A DNA stretch of 40,855 nucleotides from an uncultured Clostridia bacterium (GCA_948528155.1 CAOSZT010000001.1:1-40855); one strand, 5' to 3'; positions 19,849 through 28,782 are shown, numbered from the stretch's first letter. A program made the numbers and translations. Notes: a model not told the origin generated them from the sequence alone.

Positions 19849-20567
19849 TGAAAAAGTTATTATATATAGCAAGTATAGTGCTACTAATAGGTATAATGCT
19901 TATTAGTAGTTACTTTGTTTTTAAGGAATTAAAAGGAAATAAGGAACAAGAAAAAGTATTTGAAGAACTTACAGAAATAATAGAAAAAAGCAATGATAAT
20001 GAAGAAAGCAAAGAAAGAGATTTACAACAATTATATAAAATAAATAATGATTTTGTAGGATGGTTAGATATAGAAAATACAACTATAAGCTATCCAATAA
20101 TGCAAACAAAAAATAATCCTAATTATTATTTAAAACGAGATTTTTATAAAAAATATTCAAGCTATGGAACTCCTTATATATCAGAACAATGTAATATTTA
20201 TGAAAGTGATAATCTTATAATATATGGTCATCACATGAAAAATAAAGCAATGTTTGGAACATTAGAAAATTATAAAAGTGAAGAATATTATAAGAATCAT
20301 AAAATAATAACATTTGAAACATTAGAAAAAAACAGAAAATATGAAATATTTGCAGTATTTAAAACAGTTGCATATAGCAATAATGGATTTAAATATTATA
20401 ACTTTACTAATTTACAAAATAATGAAGAATACAAAATTTTTATAAATAAATGTAAAGAACTTTCATTTTATGAAACAAATAAAGAACCTAAATATGGAGA
20501 TAAACTCATTACACTTTCTACCTGTGAATATAGCAATAAAAACGGAAGATTAGTAGTTGTAGCTTAG
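19848..20567 (+). CDS. srtB: class B sortase
   Basis: N-terminal TM, NDFVGWLDIENTTISYPIMQ, catalytic His (IIYGHHM), Cys (TLSTCEY) and Arg (NGRLVVVA). The ATG overlaps the VirB4 stop (TAATG). Confidence 0.8.
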   Translation: MKKLLYIASIVLLIGIMLISSYFVFKELKGNKEQEKVFEELTEIIEKSNDNEESKERDLQQLYKINNDFVGWLDIENTTISYPIMQTKNNPNYYLKRDFYKKYSSYGTPYISEQCNIYESDNLIIYGHHMKNKAMFGTLENYKSEEYYKNHKIITFETLEKNRKYEIFAVFKTVAYSNNGFKYYNFTNLQNNEEYKIFINKCKELSFYETNKEPKYGDKLITLSTCEYSNKNGRLVVVA

Positions 20568-20593
20568 GAAGTAAATAGTTAGGTGGTGGAAAA

Positions 20594-22159
20594 ATGACAG
20601 ATATAAAAGTAAAACAAAGTAAAAAAAGAACAATAAAGACTTTAAATAAAAATGTAATAAAAGTTCAGAAAATTAAAGATAATTTAGTATCAGTAAAAGA
20701 AAAAACGCAAGAAACTTATGAAAAAGATTATAATTCAGGAACAGACTATGCAACTAATAAAATAACAAGAACTATGACAAATACACCTAATAATGTTTAT
20801 AGAGCAAATAAAATAGGGCAGAATAATTTTAGAAAAACACAAGAGAATATAAGAAAAATAAAGAATAAAAGTAAAATAAAACAAAGAGCAAAGAATATCT
20901 CAAAACTTAGAAAAAATACAACGAAAACAGCTAAAACAACAATAAAAACAGCAGACAGAACAGCTAAAACAGTAAAAGAAACAACAAAAGCAACTGCTAA
21001 AGCAAGTAAAAAAGCAATTCAGAGTGCAAAGCAAACGGCAAAAGCTACAGTTCATACTATTAAAGTTACAGTAAAAGCAACAATAACAGCAATAAAAGCA
21101 ATAATAGCTGGAACGAAAGCATTAATTTCAGCCATTGTTGCAGGAGGATGGGTAGCAGTAATTATTATAATTATTATTTGTTTAATAGCCCTATTGTGTA
21201 GTTCATTTTTTGGAATATTTTTCTCAAGTGAAGAAACATCTTTTAATGGGAAAAATATGAGTTCAGTAATATCAGAAATAAATAATGAATTCATATCAAA
21301 AATAACTAATATACAAACTAACACAGCACATGATGAATACGATATAAACTCTAATCGTGCAGAATGGAAAGATATTCTAGCTATTTATGCAGTTAAAATA
21401 AGTAATGGACAAGATGAAACAGATGTAATTACATTGTCAGAAGAAAAAATACAAATATTAAAAACAGTTTTTTGGGATATGAATAATATATCATCAAGCA
21501 CAGAAAAAGTAACAAAACAAATAACAACAACTGATGATAAAGGAAATAATAAAACAGAAGATAAAGAACAAACAATATTGCATATCACAATAACGAGTAA
21601 AAGTGTAGAAGAAATGATACAAATGTATAATTTTAATGAGAATCAAAAAAGACAAATAGAAGAGTTGCTAAATGAAAAATATGCAAAAATGTGGTCTGGG
21701 GTAATATATGGTTCATCAGTAGGAAGTAATGATATAGTAGAAGTCGCAAGACAACAAATTGGAAATATAGGAGGTCAACCTTACTGGTCATGGTATGGTT
21801 TTAGTTCAAGAGTAGAATGGTGTGCATGTTTTGTGAGTTGGTGTGCAAATGAATGTGGTTATATACAAGCAGGAATTATTCCTAAATTTGCAGGTTGTCA
21901 AGCAGAAGGTGTTTCATGGTTTAAAACTTGTGGACTATGGAAAGATGGAGGATACACACCAAAAACAGGAGATATAATATTTTTTGATTGGGCAGATTCT
22001 AAGGATGGACAAGCAGATCATGTTGGAATTGTAGAAAGAGTAGAAAATAACAAAATATATACTATTGAGGGAAATACTAGAGGAGATATGTGTAAACAGA
22101 ATGAATATGATATAAACAGTAGTGTTATTTTAGGTTATGGAACACCAGCTTATCAATAA
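20594..22159 (+). CDS. T4SS-associated cell-wall hydrolase with a C-terminal CHAP/NlpC-P60-like domain
   Basis: 521 aa with a K/T/A-rich N-terminal region, one TM (WVAVIIIIIICLIALL) and a C-terminal CHAP domain with Cys (WCACFVSWCANECGY) and His (DHVGIVE). AGGTGG SD upstream. Confidence 0.8.
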   Translation: MTDIKVKQSKKRTIKTLNKNVIKVQKIKDNLVSVKEKTQETYEKDYNSGTDYATNKITRTMTNTPNNVYRANKIGQNNFRKTQENIRKIKNKSKIKQRAKNISKLRKNTTKTAKTTIKTADRTAKTVKETTKATAKASKKAIQSAKQTAKATVHTIKVTVKATITAIKAIIAGTKALISAIVAGGWVAVIIIIIICLIALLCSSFFGIFFSSEETSFNGKNMSSVISEINNEFISKITNIQTNTAHDEYDINSNRAEWKDILAIYAVKISNGQDETDVITLSEEKIQILKTVFWDMNNISSSTEKVTKQITTTDDKGNNKTEDKEQTILHITITSKSVEEMIQMYNFNENQKRQIEELLNEKYAKMWSGVIYGSSVGSNDIVEVARQQIGNIGGQPYWSWYGFSSRVEWCACFVSWCANECGYIQAGIIPKFAGCQAEGVSWFKTCGLWKDGGYTPKTGDIIFFDWADSKDGQADHVGIVERVENNKIYTIEGNTRGDMCKQNEYDINSSVILGYGTPAYQ

Positions 22160-22180
22160 AAATATATAGAAAAATTTGAA

Positions 22181-22228
22181 AGCCAAAATAATTTACGAAA
22201 AAAATTGTAAATTGTTTTGGCTTTTTTT
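22181..22228 (+). terminator. strong rho-independent terminator
   Basis: 16-nt arms AGCCAAAATAATTTAC / GTAAATTGTTTTGGCT (one mismatch) followed by a T7 run. Confidence 0.75.
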
Positions 22229-22285
22229 GTGTTTTTTAAAATTTTTTATGATATAATTTCGCTAGAATGAAAAGGAGGAACTTAT

Positions 22286-22918
22286 ATGCTAGAAGATATA
22301 ACAGTTTTATGCCATAGTAGTATAAAAACATATAAAGAAAAAGTAATATATATAGATCCATTTAAAATAGATAAAAATTATAATGATGCAGACATAATTT
22401 TTATAACACATGACCATTATGACCACTATTCAGAAGAGGATATAGATAAAGTAAAGAAAGAAGATACAGTCATTATAGTACCAGAAGAATTATTAACAAA
22501 AATATTAAGAAAAGGATTTAGACAAGATTATATAATTACAGTAGAGCCAAATCAAAAATATATAGTAGGGGGAATAAAATTTGAAACAATATTAGCTTAT
22601 AATACAAACAAACAATTTCATCCAAAAGAAAATGGATGGGTAGGTTACATTATAGAGATAAAAGATATTAGATATTATATTGCAGGAGATACGGACATAA
22701 CTGAAGAAAATAAAAAAGTAAAATGTGATGTAGCATTTGTTCCAGTTGGTGGTACATATACAATGGATTTTAAAGAAGCAGCTAATCTTATAAATGAGAT
22801 ACAACCTAAAATAGCAGTACCAATACATTATGGAAGTGTTGTTGGAACAAAGCAAGATGCAATAGATTTTTCAAAGTTATTAAATCCAAAAATAGAATGT
22901 AAAATATTAATGAAATAA
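22286..22918 (+). CDS. metallo-beta-lactamase-fold hydrolase
   Basis: HxHxDH motif (FITHDHYDHY), later AGDTD and PIHYG. AAGGAGG SD upstream. An extended -10 TGaTATAAT lies at 22249-22257. Confidence 0.7.
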   Translation: MLEDITVLCHSSIKTYKEKVIYIDPFKIDKNYNDADIIFITHDHYDHYSEEDIDKVKKEDTVIIVPEELLTKILRKGFRQDYIITVEPNQKYIVGGIKFETILAYNTNKQFHPKENGWVGYIIEIKDIRYYIAGDTDITEENKKVKCDVAFVPVGGTYTMDFKEAANLINEIQPKIAVPIHYGSVVGTKQDAIDFSKLLNPKIECKILMK

Positions 22919-22930
22919 GGGGAATATACA

Positions 22931-23146
22931 ATGAATTTACTAAATAGATGTACTACAAAAGAAATAAAATTATTAGAAAATATAGGACTAAATGTTGAAG
23001 ATAAAGATTATACAAATGAAGAACTAAGAAGATATGAAAGTCAAATAGAAGATTTTATTATGAGCCATAGTACTAAAAATGGAGATATTAGTAAATTAAG
23101 TAATCAATACAATAGTATTTTAAATACTTTAGTAAAAGGAAATTAA
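22931..23146 (+). CDS. hypothetical protein
   Basis: 71-aa ORF, 12 nt after the upstream stop and 1 nt before the next start. GGGGAA SD-like sequence upstream. No recognisable motif. Confidence 0.4.
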   Translation: MNLLNRCTTKEIKLLENIGLNVEDKDYTNEELRRYESQIEDFIMSHSTKNGDISKLSNQYNSILNTLVKGN

Positions 23147-23147
23147 G

Positions 23148-23516
23148 ATGAACAGAGAAGATATAATAAAATATAGTTTAAGTTTGCCGAATACTTATGA
23201 AGATTATCCATTTCCAGATGATAACACTTCTGTAACAATGAAACATTTAGATAATAAAAAATGGTTTGCTTTAATAATGAATGTGAATGGTAAGTTGTAT
23301 CTAAATGTAAAAACGAATCCAGATTATTCAGAGTTACTTAGAAATTCTTATGATTATATAATACCAGGTTATCACATGAACAAAGAACATTGGAATACAA
23401 TTATTATAGATGACAAAGTAGATGTTTCTTTAGTAGAAGAATTAATTGAACAAAGCTATGAACTAACAAAAAATAACAATCACAAAAGAAGAAAGATAAA
23501 TAATACTAAAAACTAA
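23148..23516 (+). CDS. MmcQ/YjbR-family protein
   Basis: 122 aa. SLPNTYEDYPFPDD..KKWFALI..PGYHMNKEHWNTII is the typical YjbR-fold signature. Confidence 0.65.
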   Translation: MNREDIIKYSLSLPNTYEDYPFPDDNTSVTMKHLDNKKWFALIMNVNGKLYLNVKTNPDYSELLRNSYDYIIPGYHMNKEHWNTIIIDDKVDVSLVEELIEQSYELTKNNNHKRRKINNTKN

Positions 23517-23554
23517 TATTTATAAAATATAAGAGAAAGTGAGTGATAATTATT

Positions 23555-23758
23555 ATGTCAGAATGGAAATGTGTAAAATGTGGAAATACAGAATTTGAAA
23601 AAGACCAATTTCAAGCAACAGGTGGTAATTTTTCAAAATTATTTGATATACAAAATAAAAAATTTATTACAGTAAGTTGTACTAAATGTGGATATACTGA
23701 AATTTATAAAACTGGAACAGATGCAGGAATGAATATATTAGATTTTTTAATGAATTAA
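23555..23758 (+). CDS. zinc-ribbon protein
   Basis: Two CxxC pairs (CVKCG ... CTKCG). Start taken at ATG 23555. Confidence 0.5.
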   Translation: MSEWKCVKCGNTEFEKDQFQATGGNFSKLFDIQNKKFITVSCTKCGYTEIYKTGTDAGMNILDFLMN

Positions 23759-23776
23759 GATAAATATTAAATTATT

Positions 23777-23827
23777 AAAAAGCATATGAATAGATTATGG
23801 AAACCATAGTTTATTCATATGTTTTTT
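23777..23827. terminator. long hairpin terminator flanked by A and T runs
   Basis: CATATGAATA (23783-23792) pairs with TATTCATATG (23812-23821), with an inner ATTATGG/CCATAGT stem. It is preceded by A5 and followed by T6. Confidence 0.65.
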
Positions 23828-23841
23828 ATTTTTGGATTTTA

Positions 23842-23870
23842 TTGTAAAAATTGTCAACCTGTGATAGAAT
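23842..23870 (+). promoter_or_regulatory. sigma-A-type promoter of the 23899-32183 operon
   Basis: TTGTAA (23842-23847), a 17-nt spacer, then an extended -10 TGaTAGAAT (23862-23870). Confidence 0.5.
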
Positions 23871-23898
23871 TACAGCATAATGATAAGGAGAGTAAGCG

Positions 23899-24492
23899 AT
23901 GGAAAAAAACTATAAAAGAATGGAGCATAATGAATTTTTACAACATATAGACAAATTATGCTACCATTTAAGAAAATATATTCAAGATAATAAAATAAAA
24001 ATAGATTATATATGTCCTGTTTTAAGAAGTGGTGCAGTACCAGCAACATATATTTCTAATAAATTAAATATAATAAAATTTTTGCCTATGCAAGTTAAAC
24101 ATATAGCTTATAAAAACGGAGAAAATAAAATTGAAATGATTTTTAATCCATTTGATTCAATAGAAATAAATAAAAAAGAACCAGTATTTTTAGTAGTTGA
24201 AGCAATGCACAGTACAGGAACAAGTGTAGAGATATGTATAAATGAAATAAAAAAGAGATATAAAAATGCCAAAATATTATATGTTTGTTTAACAAAGGAA
24301 TATGGTAGTAGAGATTTTTTAGATATTGCAGAATATGAAGATGTAGCATTTTATTATAATGGAAATAATGAATTTAGCAAAGAAAAATGTAAAGAGTTAA
24401 ATGTAGAATACTTTTATCCTTTATTTCTTTGGGAAGATTTACAAACAGAATTAGAACATCCAGATGATTTAGAAGATAATATATTTTTTTAA
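23899..24492 (+). CDS. phosphoribosyltransferase-like protein (divergent PRPP loop)
   Basis: 197 aa with a type I PRT layout (ICPVLRSGAVPATYIS ... PVFLVVEAMHSTGTSV). The usual acidic pair of the PRPP loop is replaced by EA. Confidence 0.45.
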   Translation: MEKNYKRMEHNEFLQHIDKLCYHLRKYIQDNKIKIDYICPVLRSGAVPATYISNKLNIIKFLPMQVKHIAYKNGENKIEMIFNPFDSIEINKKEPVFLVVEAMHSTGTSVEICINEIKKRYKNAKILYVCLTKEYGSRDFLDIAEYEDVAFYYNGNNEFSKEKCKELNVEYFYPLFLWEDLQTELEHPDDLEDNIFF

Positions 24493-24507
24493 TGTGGGAG
24501 AGGAACA

Positions 24508-25473
24508 ATGGAATACATAGATATATTTGATGAAAATAATAATCCTATTGGAGAAATAAAAGAGAAAACAAAAGCACATGAAAATGGAAATTTTCATAGG
24601 ACAGCACATATATGGATTATAAATAATAATAATGAATTATTATTGCAAAAAAGAAGTGCAACTAAAAAATCACATCCTAATTGCTGGGATATTTCTGGAG
24701 CAGGTCATATAAGAACAGGAGAAAGTGTAACTGAAGGTGCTATTAGAGAACTAAAAGAGGAATTAGGAGTTGAAACAAAAGAGAAAGATTTACAATATGT
24801 TGCAACAATAAAAAGTACAAAAAATCCTAAAAATATGGAATTTCAATATGTATATTTATTAAAAAGTAATAAGAAAATAGAGGAATATGTTTTTGAAGAT
24901 AATGAAGTATCAGAAGTTAAATATGTTCATTTTGAAGAACTAGAAAAAATGGTTGAAGAGAGAGCAGAAGGATTATTAATACATAATGAGGAATTTAAAA
25001 AGTTATTTGAATATATAAGGAATATAGAAAAAGATAAATATTATATTGATATTGCGATAGAAATAAGCAAAAATGCTAAATATCCTTATGGTGCTATCGT
25101 AGTAAAAGATGGAGAAATAATTGGTAGAAGTGATGATAAAACATTAATGGAAACAAGTATGTATTCTCATGCAGAATTAGAAGCAATAGAAAGTGCTTCT
25201 AAAAATAAAAATTTGTATGGAGATCTAAAAGGTGCAACAATATATGTATCTTGTGAGCCTTGCATGATGTGCATGGGAGCAATTCTATATGAAGAATTTT
25301 CAAAAGTATTTTATGCAGCTACATTACAAGATAGCAATGATAATTATTGCCCAGAAATTATTACTAATATAGATGAACTTGCAAAGTATGGAAATGCTAA
25401 AATTGAAATCATAAAAGAGTTACATAGAGAAAAAGCAATAGAGGTTTTAAAAATGAGAGGAGAAACCGAATAA
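24508..25473 (+). CDS. Nudix hydrolase (Idi/YfcD-like) fused to a CMP/dCMP-type zinc deaminase
   Basis: The N-terminal half has the Nudix box GHIRTGESVTEGAIRELKEELGV. The C-terminal half has HAELEAI and CEPCMMC, the CDA-fold zinc motifs. Confidence 0.75.
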   Translation: MEYIDIFDENNNPIGEIKEKTKAHENGNFHRTAHIWIINNNNELLLQKRSATKKSHPNCWDISGAGHIRTGESVTEGAIRELKEELGVETKEKDLQYVATIKSTKNPKNMEFQYVYLLKSNKKIEEYVFEDNEVSEVKYVHFEELEKMVEERAEGLLIHNEEFKKLFEYIRNIEKDKYYIDIAIEISKNAKYPYGAIVVKDGEIIGRSDDKTLMETSMYSHAELEAIESASKNKNLYGDLKGATIYVSCEPCMMCMGAILYEEFSKVFYAATLQDSNDNYCPEIITNIDELAKYGNAKIEIIKELHREKAIEVLKMRGETE

Positions 25474-25941
25474 ATGGAAATAGAAATAAAGAAAGCAGAT
25501 ATTACATATTTAAAAGATATTCAAGATTTAAACAATCAGATATTTGAATTAGAATATAATAAATTTGATCCAGCTTTAAAAGTTGGTTGGACTTTTGAAG
25601 AAGATGGAGAAAAATATTTTAACAATATGTTAAATAATGAAATTGTATATATTGCTTTAGATAAAGATAAGGTAGTTGGTTATCTAGCAGGTAGTATTAA
25701 TATACAAGGTAGTTATGTAACAAAATCATTAGCAGAAATAGATAACATGTTTATATTAGAGGAATACAGAAAATATGGAATAGGTACAAAACTAATAAAT
25801 GAATTTAAAGGTTATTGTTCTCAAAATAAAATTGAAGAATTAAAAGTAACAGCATCTGCGAAAAATAAGAATGCAATAGGATTTTATATGAAGAACGGAT
25901 TTAATGAATTTGAAATTACATTAAAACAAAAAGTAGATTAA
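25474..25941 (+). CDS. GNAT-family N-acetyltransferase
   Basis: Motif A ILEEYRKYGIGTKLINEF. The ATG immediately follows the upstream TAA. Confidence 0.7.
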   Translation: MEIEIKKADITYLKDIQDLNNQIFELEYNKFDPALKVGWTFEEDGEKYFNNMLNNEIVYIALDKDKVVGYLAGSINIQGSYVTKSLAEIDNMFILEEYRKYGIGTKLINEFKGYCSQNKIEELKVTASAKNKNAIGFYMKNGFNEFEITLKQKVD

Positions 25942-25956
25942 TAGGAGTTAAAGTTT

Positions 25957-27669
25957 ATGATAAAAGCGATATTTATTGATATTGATGGAACGTTAAGAGA
26001 TAGCAATAGGAATTTGTCAACAAAAACAATAGAAACAATAAAAAAGGTAAGTGAAAAAGGAATATTAGTTATACTATGTTCTGGAAGACCAAGAAAATAT
26101 ACTGAAGAAATAAGTAGAGAATGTTTTGCTAGTAAATATATAATTACTTCAAGTGGTGGAAATATATATGACTATGAGCAAAATAAAATCTTATATGTTA
26201 ATAAAATGGATAAAGAAGCCTTAATAAAATTATATGAAATAGCTAATCCAGAAGATGTTAGATTTATTATGAATGTTGGAGAAGGTAGAGTAGTAAATAA
26301 AGTAAAACATGCAGATCAAGAGAAAAAATTAGAGGAAAATATAAAGGATTTTGTTGATAAAAATGATGTTGTTCAATGTACTATTGCAGATAGTAACTTT
26401 GACAAAATAAAAAATTTAATACCTAAAATTGAAAAAGTAGAAAATGTAGAAATAAAAAATAGGCACAAAAGTTTATTAGATATTAAATTTAAAGATGATA
26501 AAACAGTATTCTGTGATATTGCTAATATAGATTCTAATAAAGGAATTGCAGTAAAAAAGATGTTAGAGATTTTAGATATTAAAAAAGAAGAATCTATTGC
26601 TATTGGTGATGATAATAATGATTTATCAATGTTTGAACAAGTAGGATACAAGGTGGCTATGGGAAATGCTATTGATATTGTTAAAGAAAAGGCAGATGAG
26701 ATTACTTTATCTAATGATGAAGATGGAGTTGCAGTATTTTTAGAAAGACTACTAAAAGAAATGGAGGAAAAAATGAAAAATAAAAAAGGGTTAATTCTAA
26801 TTTATCCAGGTTTTCAAAATGAAGCAAAACAATATCAATACAATAGAATTATTGAAGAATTTAATAAGAAAGGTATTAGTATAGATAAATTAAAAGTTGA
26901 TGAACAATATACAAGTGTAATAAATGGAAAAGTAAATATGGATGTTAAACAATACGACTTTTGCATACAACTTGTTAAAGATAAATATATAAACGAACAA
27001 CTTTGCAAAAATGGAATAAGGTCATTTAATTCTTATAATGCAATAGAAAATTGTGATGATAAAATGATGACTTATGTTATATTATCAAATAAAAACATAA
27101 ACTTGCCACATACAATATTAGGTAGTATAAACTTTGGAGTAGAAAATATTAAAGAAGATAATAAAAGTGAAGAATTTAAGAAATATGTTGAAACTACTTT
27201 AAAATATCCATTTATAACTAAAAAATGCAATAGTAAAGGTGGAAGAGATATATACAAGATAAATAATAGAAAAGAATTTGATGATATATGTAATAAATTA
27301 AGTGGTTCACAATACTTGTTTCAACAATTTATTCCAGAGAATATAGGAAAAGATATTAGAGTTGTTGTTGTAGGAAAGAAAGTAGTAGGTTCATTTATGA
27401 GAATAAATGAAAATGATTATCGTTCAAATATATCATTAGGTGGAAAAGCATTACCTTATGAAGTTTCAAATGAATATAAAGAAATTGCAGAAAAAATAGC
27501 AAACGAGTTAGAGTTAGATTATTGTTCAGTTGACTTTTTTATGAGTAACGAAAATAAACCAATAGTCTGTGAAGTAAATGCAGATCCAGCTATTTGTGAT
27601 ATAGAAGAATTAAGTGGAAAAAATGTAGCAGAGATATTTGTAAACTATATAATTAATGAGATATATTAA
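25957..27669 (+). CDS. Cof-type HAD-IIB phosphatase fused to a RimK-like ATP-grasp ligase
   Basis: The N-terminal ~270 aa carry FIDIDGTL, CSGRP and GDDNNDLSMF. The C-terminal ~300 aa are RimK-like (PFITKKCNSKGGRDIY, DIRVVVVGKKVVGSFMR..YRSNISLGG, CSVDFF..VCEVNADP). An in-frame GGAGGA (26763-26768) and ATG (26773) lie at the junction. Confidence 0.75.
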   Translation: MIKAIFIDIDGTLRDSNRNLSTKTIETIKKVSEKGILVILCSGRPRKYTEEISRECFASKYIITSSGGNIYDYEQNKILYVNKMDKEALIKLYEIANPEDVRFIMNVGEGRVVNKVKHADQEKKLEENIKDFVDKNDVVQCTIADSNFDKIKNLIPKIEKVENVEIKNRHKSLLDIKFKDDKTVFCDIANIDSNKGIAVKKMLEILDIKKEESIAIGDDNNDLSMFEQVGYKVAMGNAIDIVKEKADEITLSNDEDGVAVFLERLLKEMEEKMKNKKGLILIYPGFQNEAKQYQYNRIIEEFNKKGISIDKLKVDEQYTSVINGKVNMDVKQYDFCIQLVKDKYINEQLCKNGIRSFNSYNAIENCDDKMMTYVILSNKNINLPHTILGSINFGVENIKEDNKSEEFKKYVETTLKYPFITKKCNSKGGRDIYKINNRKEFDDICNKLSGSQYLFQQFIPENIGKDIRVVVVGKKVVGSFMRINENDYRSNISLGGKALPYEVSNEYKEIAEKIANELELDYCSVDFFMSNENKPIVCEVNADPAICDIEELSGKNVAEIFVNYIINEIY

Positions 27670-27679
27670 GGAGAAAAGT

Positions 27680-28421
27680 ATGTTAAAAGCATATAGTATA
27701 TTTAAAGATTTAGATAAAAAAGCATGTGAAATATTAAGAAATGCAGGAATACAATTAGACATATCGAATTCAGTAGAAAGACCTAATAAAGAAGATATCT
27801 GTAGCAGAGCATATTTTTGCTTTAATATTAGGATTAAAAAAGAAAATCATAGAAGCTAATGAAATTTCTATTAAAGGTGGAACAAAAAGAGATTTATCAG
27901 CAAGAAGTAATGATATAAGCAATAGTACAATAGGAATAATAGGTGCAGGAAAAATATCACGAGAAGTAATAAAAATAGCCAAAATATTCAATATGAAAAT
28001 TTACTGTAATACATTAAATCCAGAAAAACATCAAGATTTATTAAAAGAGGGAGTAGAATTTACAGACTTAGATAATTTACTTACTATTTCGGATATTATA
28101 ACAGTAAATATTCCTCTAAATGAAGAAAATAAAAACTTAATATCAAAAGATAAAATTGAGTTAATGAAAAAAACAGCTACTTTTATAAATACATCAAGAG
28201 CAGAGATAGTAGATATGGATGAATTAATAAAATATGCAAATGAAAACAAAACATTTAATGTTGGATTAGACATAGATGCAGAAAACTATAAAGAACTGTT
28301 AGAAATAAAAAGAAATAATGTAATAGTAACACCACATATAGCAGGAGTAACAAAAGAAGCAATAAAAAGAATGGATGTTGAACTAGCAAATAATATAATA
28401 GAATATTTGAAAGAAAGTTAG
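27680..28421 (+). pseudogene. D-isomer-specific 2-hydroxyacid dehydrogenase with an internal deletion and frameshift
   Basis: The 40-aa N-terminus (MLKAYSIF..VERPNKEDI, frame 2) runs into a stop at 27857. Frame 0 from ~27798 reads SVAEHIFALILGL..IGIIGAGKISREV..TPHIAGVT to 28421. About 55-60 aa of the substrate-binding domain between the two parts are missing. Confidence 0.75.
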
Positions 28422-28434
28422 AGGTATTAGAAAG

Positions 28435-28773
28435 ATGAACATTGATGTTAAAAAAGTAAAAATTATTGTAACTGTACCAATTGAAAATAGTGAAGAAGTA
28501 AGAAATGCTATTTGTGATGAGGGTGCAGGAATTATAGGAAACTATACATATTGTACTATAGCTACAAAGTGCATAGGAACTTTTAAACCTTCTGATATTG
28601 CTAATCCATATATTGGAGAAAAAAATAAATTAGAATTTGTAGAAGAAGAAAAATTAGAAGTAAGATGTGATATTAGTATAGTTAAGAAAGTATTAAAAAG
28701 ATTAAGAGAGGTTCATCCTTATGAAGAACCAGCAATAGATATAATTCCTCTAATTGATGAAGAAGATTTATAG
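28435..28773 (+). CDS. small PII/CutA-like protein resembling the NIF3/YqfO insert domain
   Basis: 112 aa. KIIVTVP..EEVRNAI..AGIIGNYTYC..GTFKP.....PYIGE.....VEEEKLEV.C...V..V...LREVHPYEEPAIDIIPL is recalled from YqfO-type domains. The assignment is tentative. Confidence 0.4.
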   Translation: MNIDVKKVKIIVTVPIENSEEVRNAICDEGAGIIGNYTYCTIATKCIGTFKPSDIANPYIGEKNKLEFVEEEKLEVRCDISIVKKVLKRLREVHPYEEPAIDIIPLIDEEDL

Positions 28774-28782
28774 GAGAAAGAT

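Larger units (their letters stand above)
10384..22159 (+). mobile_element. decayed fragment of a Firmicutes-type integrative conjugative element (partition, adhesin and T4SS modules)
   Basis: Contiguous ParA, ParB, surface adhesin, MT-A70 remnant, VirB6-like, PrgI-like, VirB4, sortase B and CHAP hydrolase. No integrase, relaxase or coupling ATPase lies in the window. The boundaries are approximate. Confidence 0.7.

Noticed and set aside
20880-21120. The K/T/A-rich repeats (TAKT..) in the CHAP protein as a DNA tandem repeat or contingency locus.
   Set aside because: The nucleotide sequence is only loosely repetitive. This is a low-complexity protein region typical of such hydrolases, not an exact tandem repeat.
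27794-27799. A GATATC (EcoRV) site exactly at the dehydrogenase deletion junction, as a sign of engineering.
   Set aside because: A single 6-bp AT-rich palindrome is readily explained by chance, and there is no other vector-like sequence.
27656-28421. ORF-track pieces 27656..27859, 27770..27991 and 27993..28421 as separate genes.
   Set aside because: The first and last are fragments of one dehydrogenase gene. The middle one is antisense.
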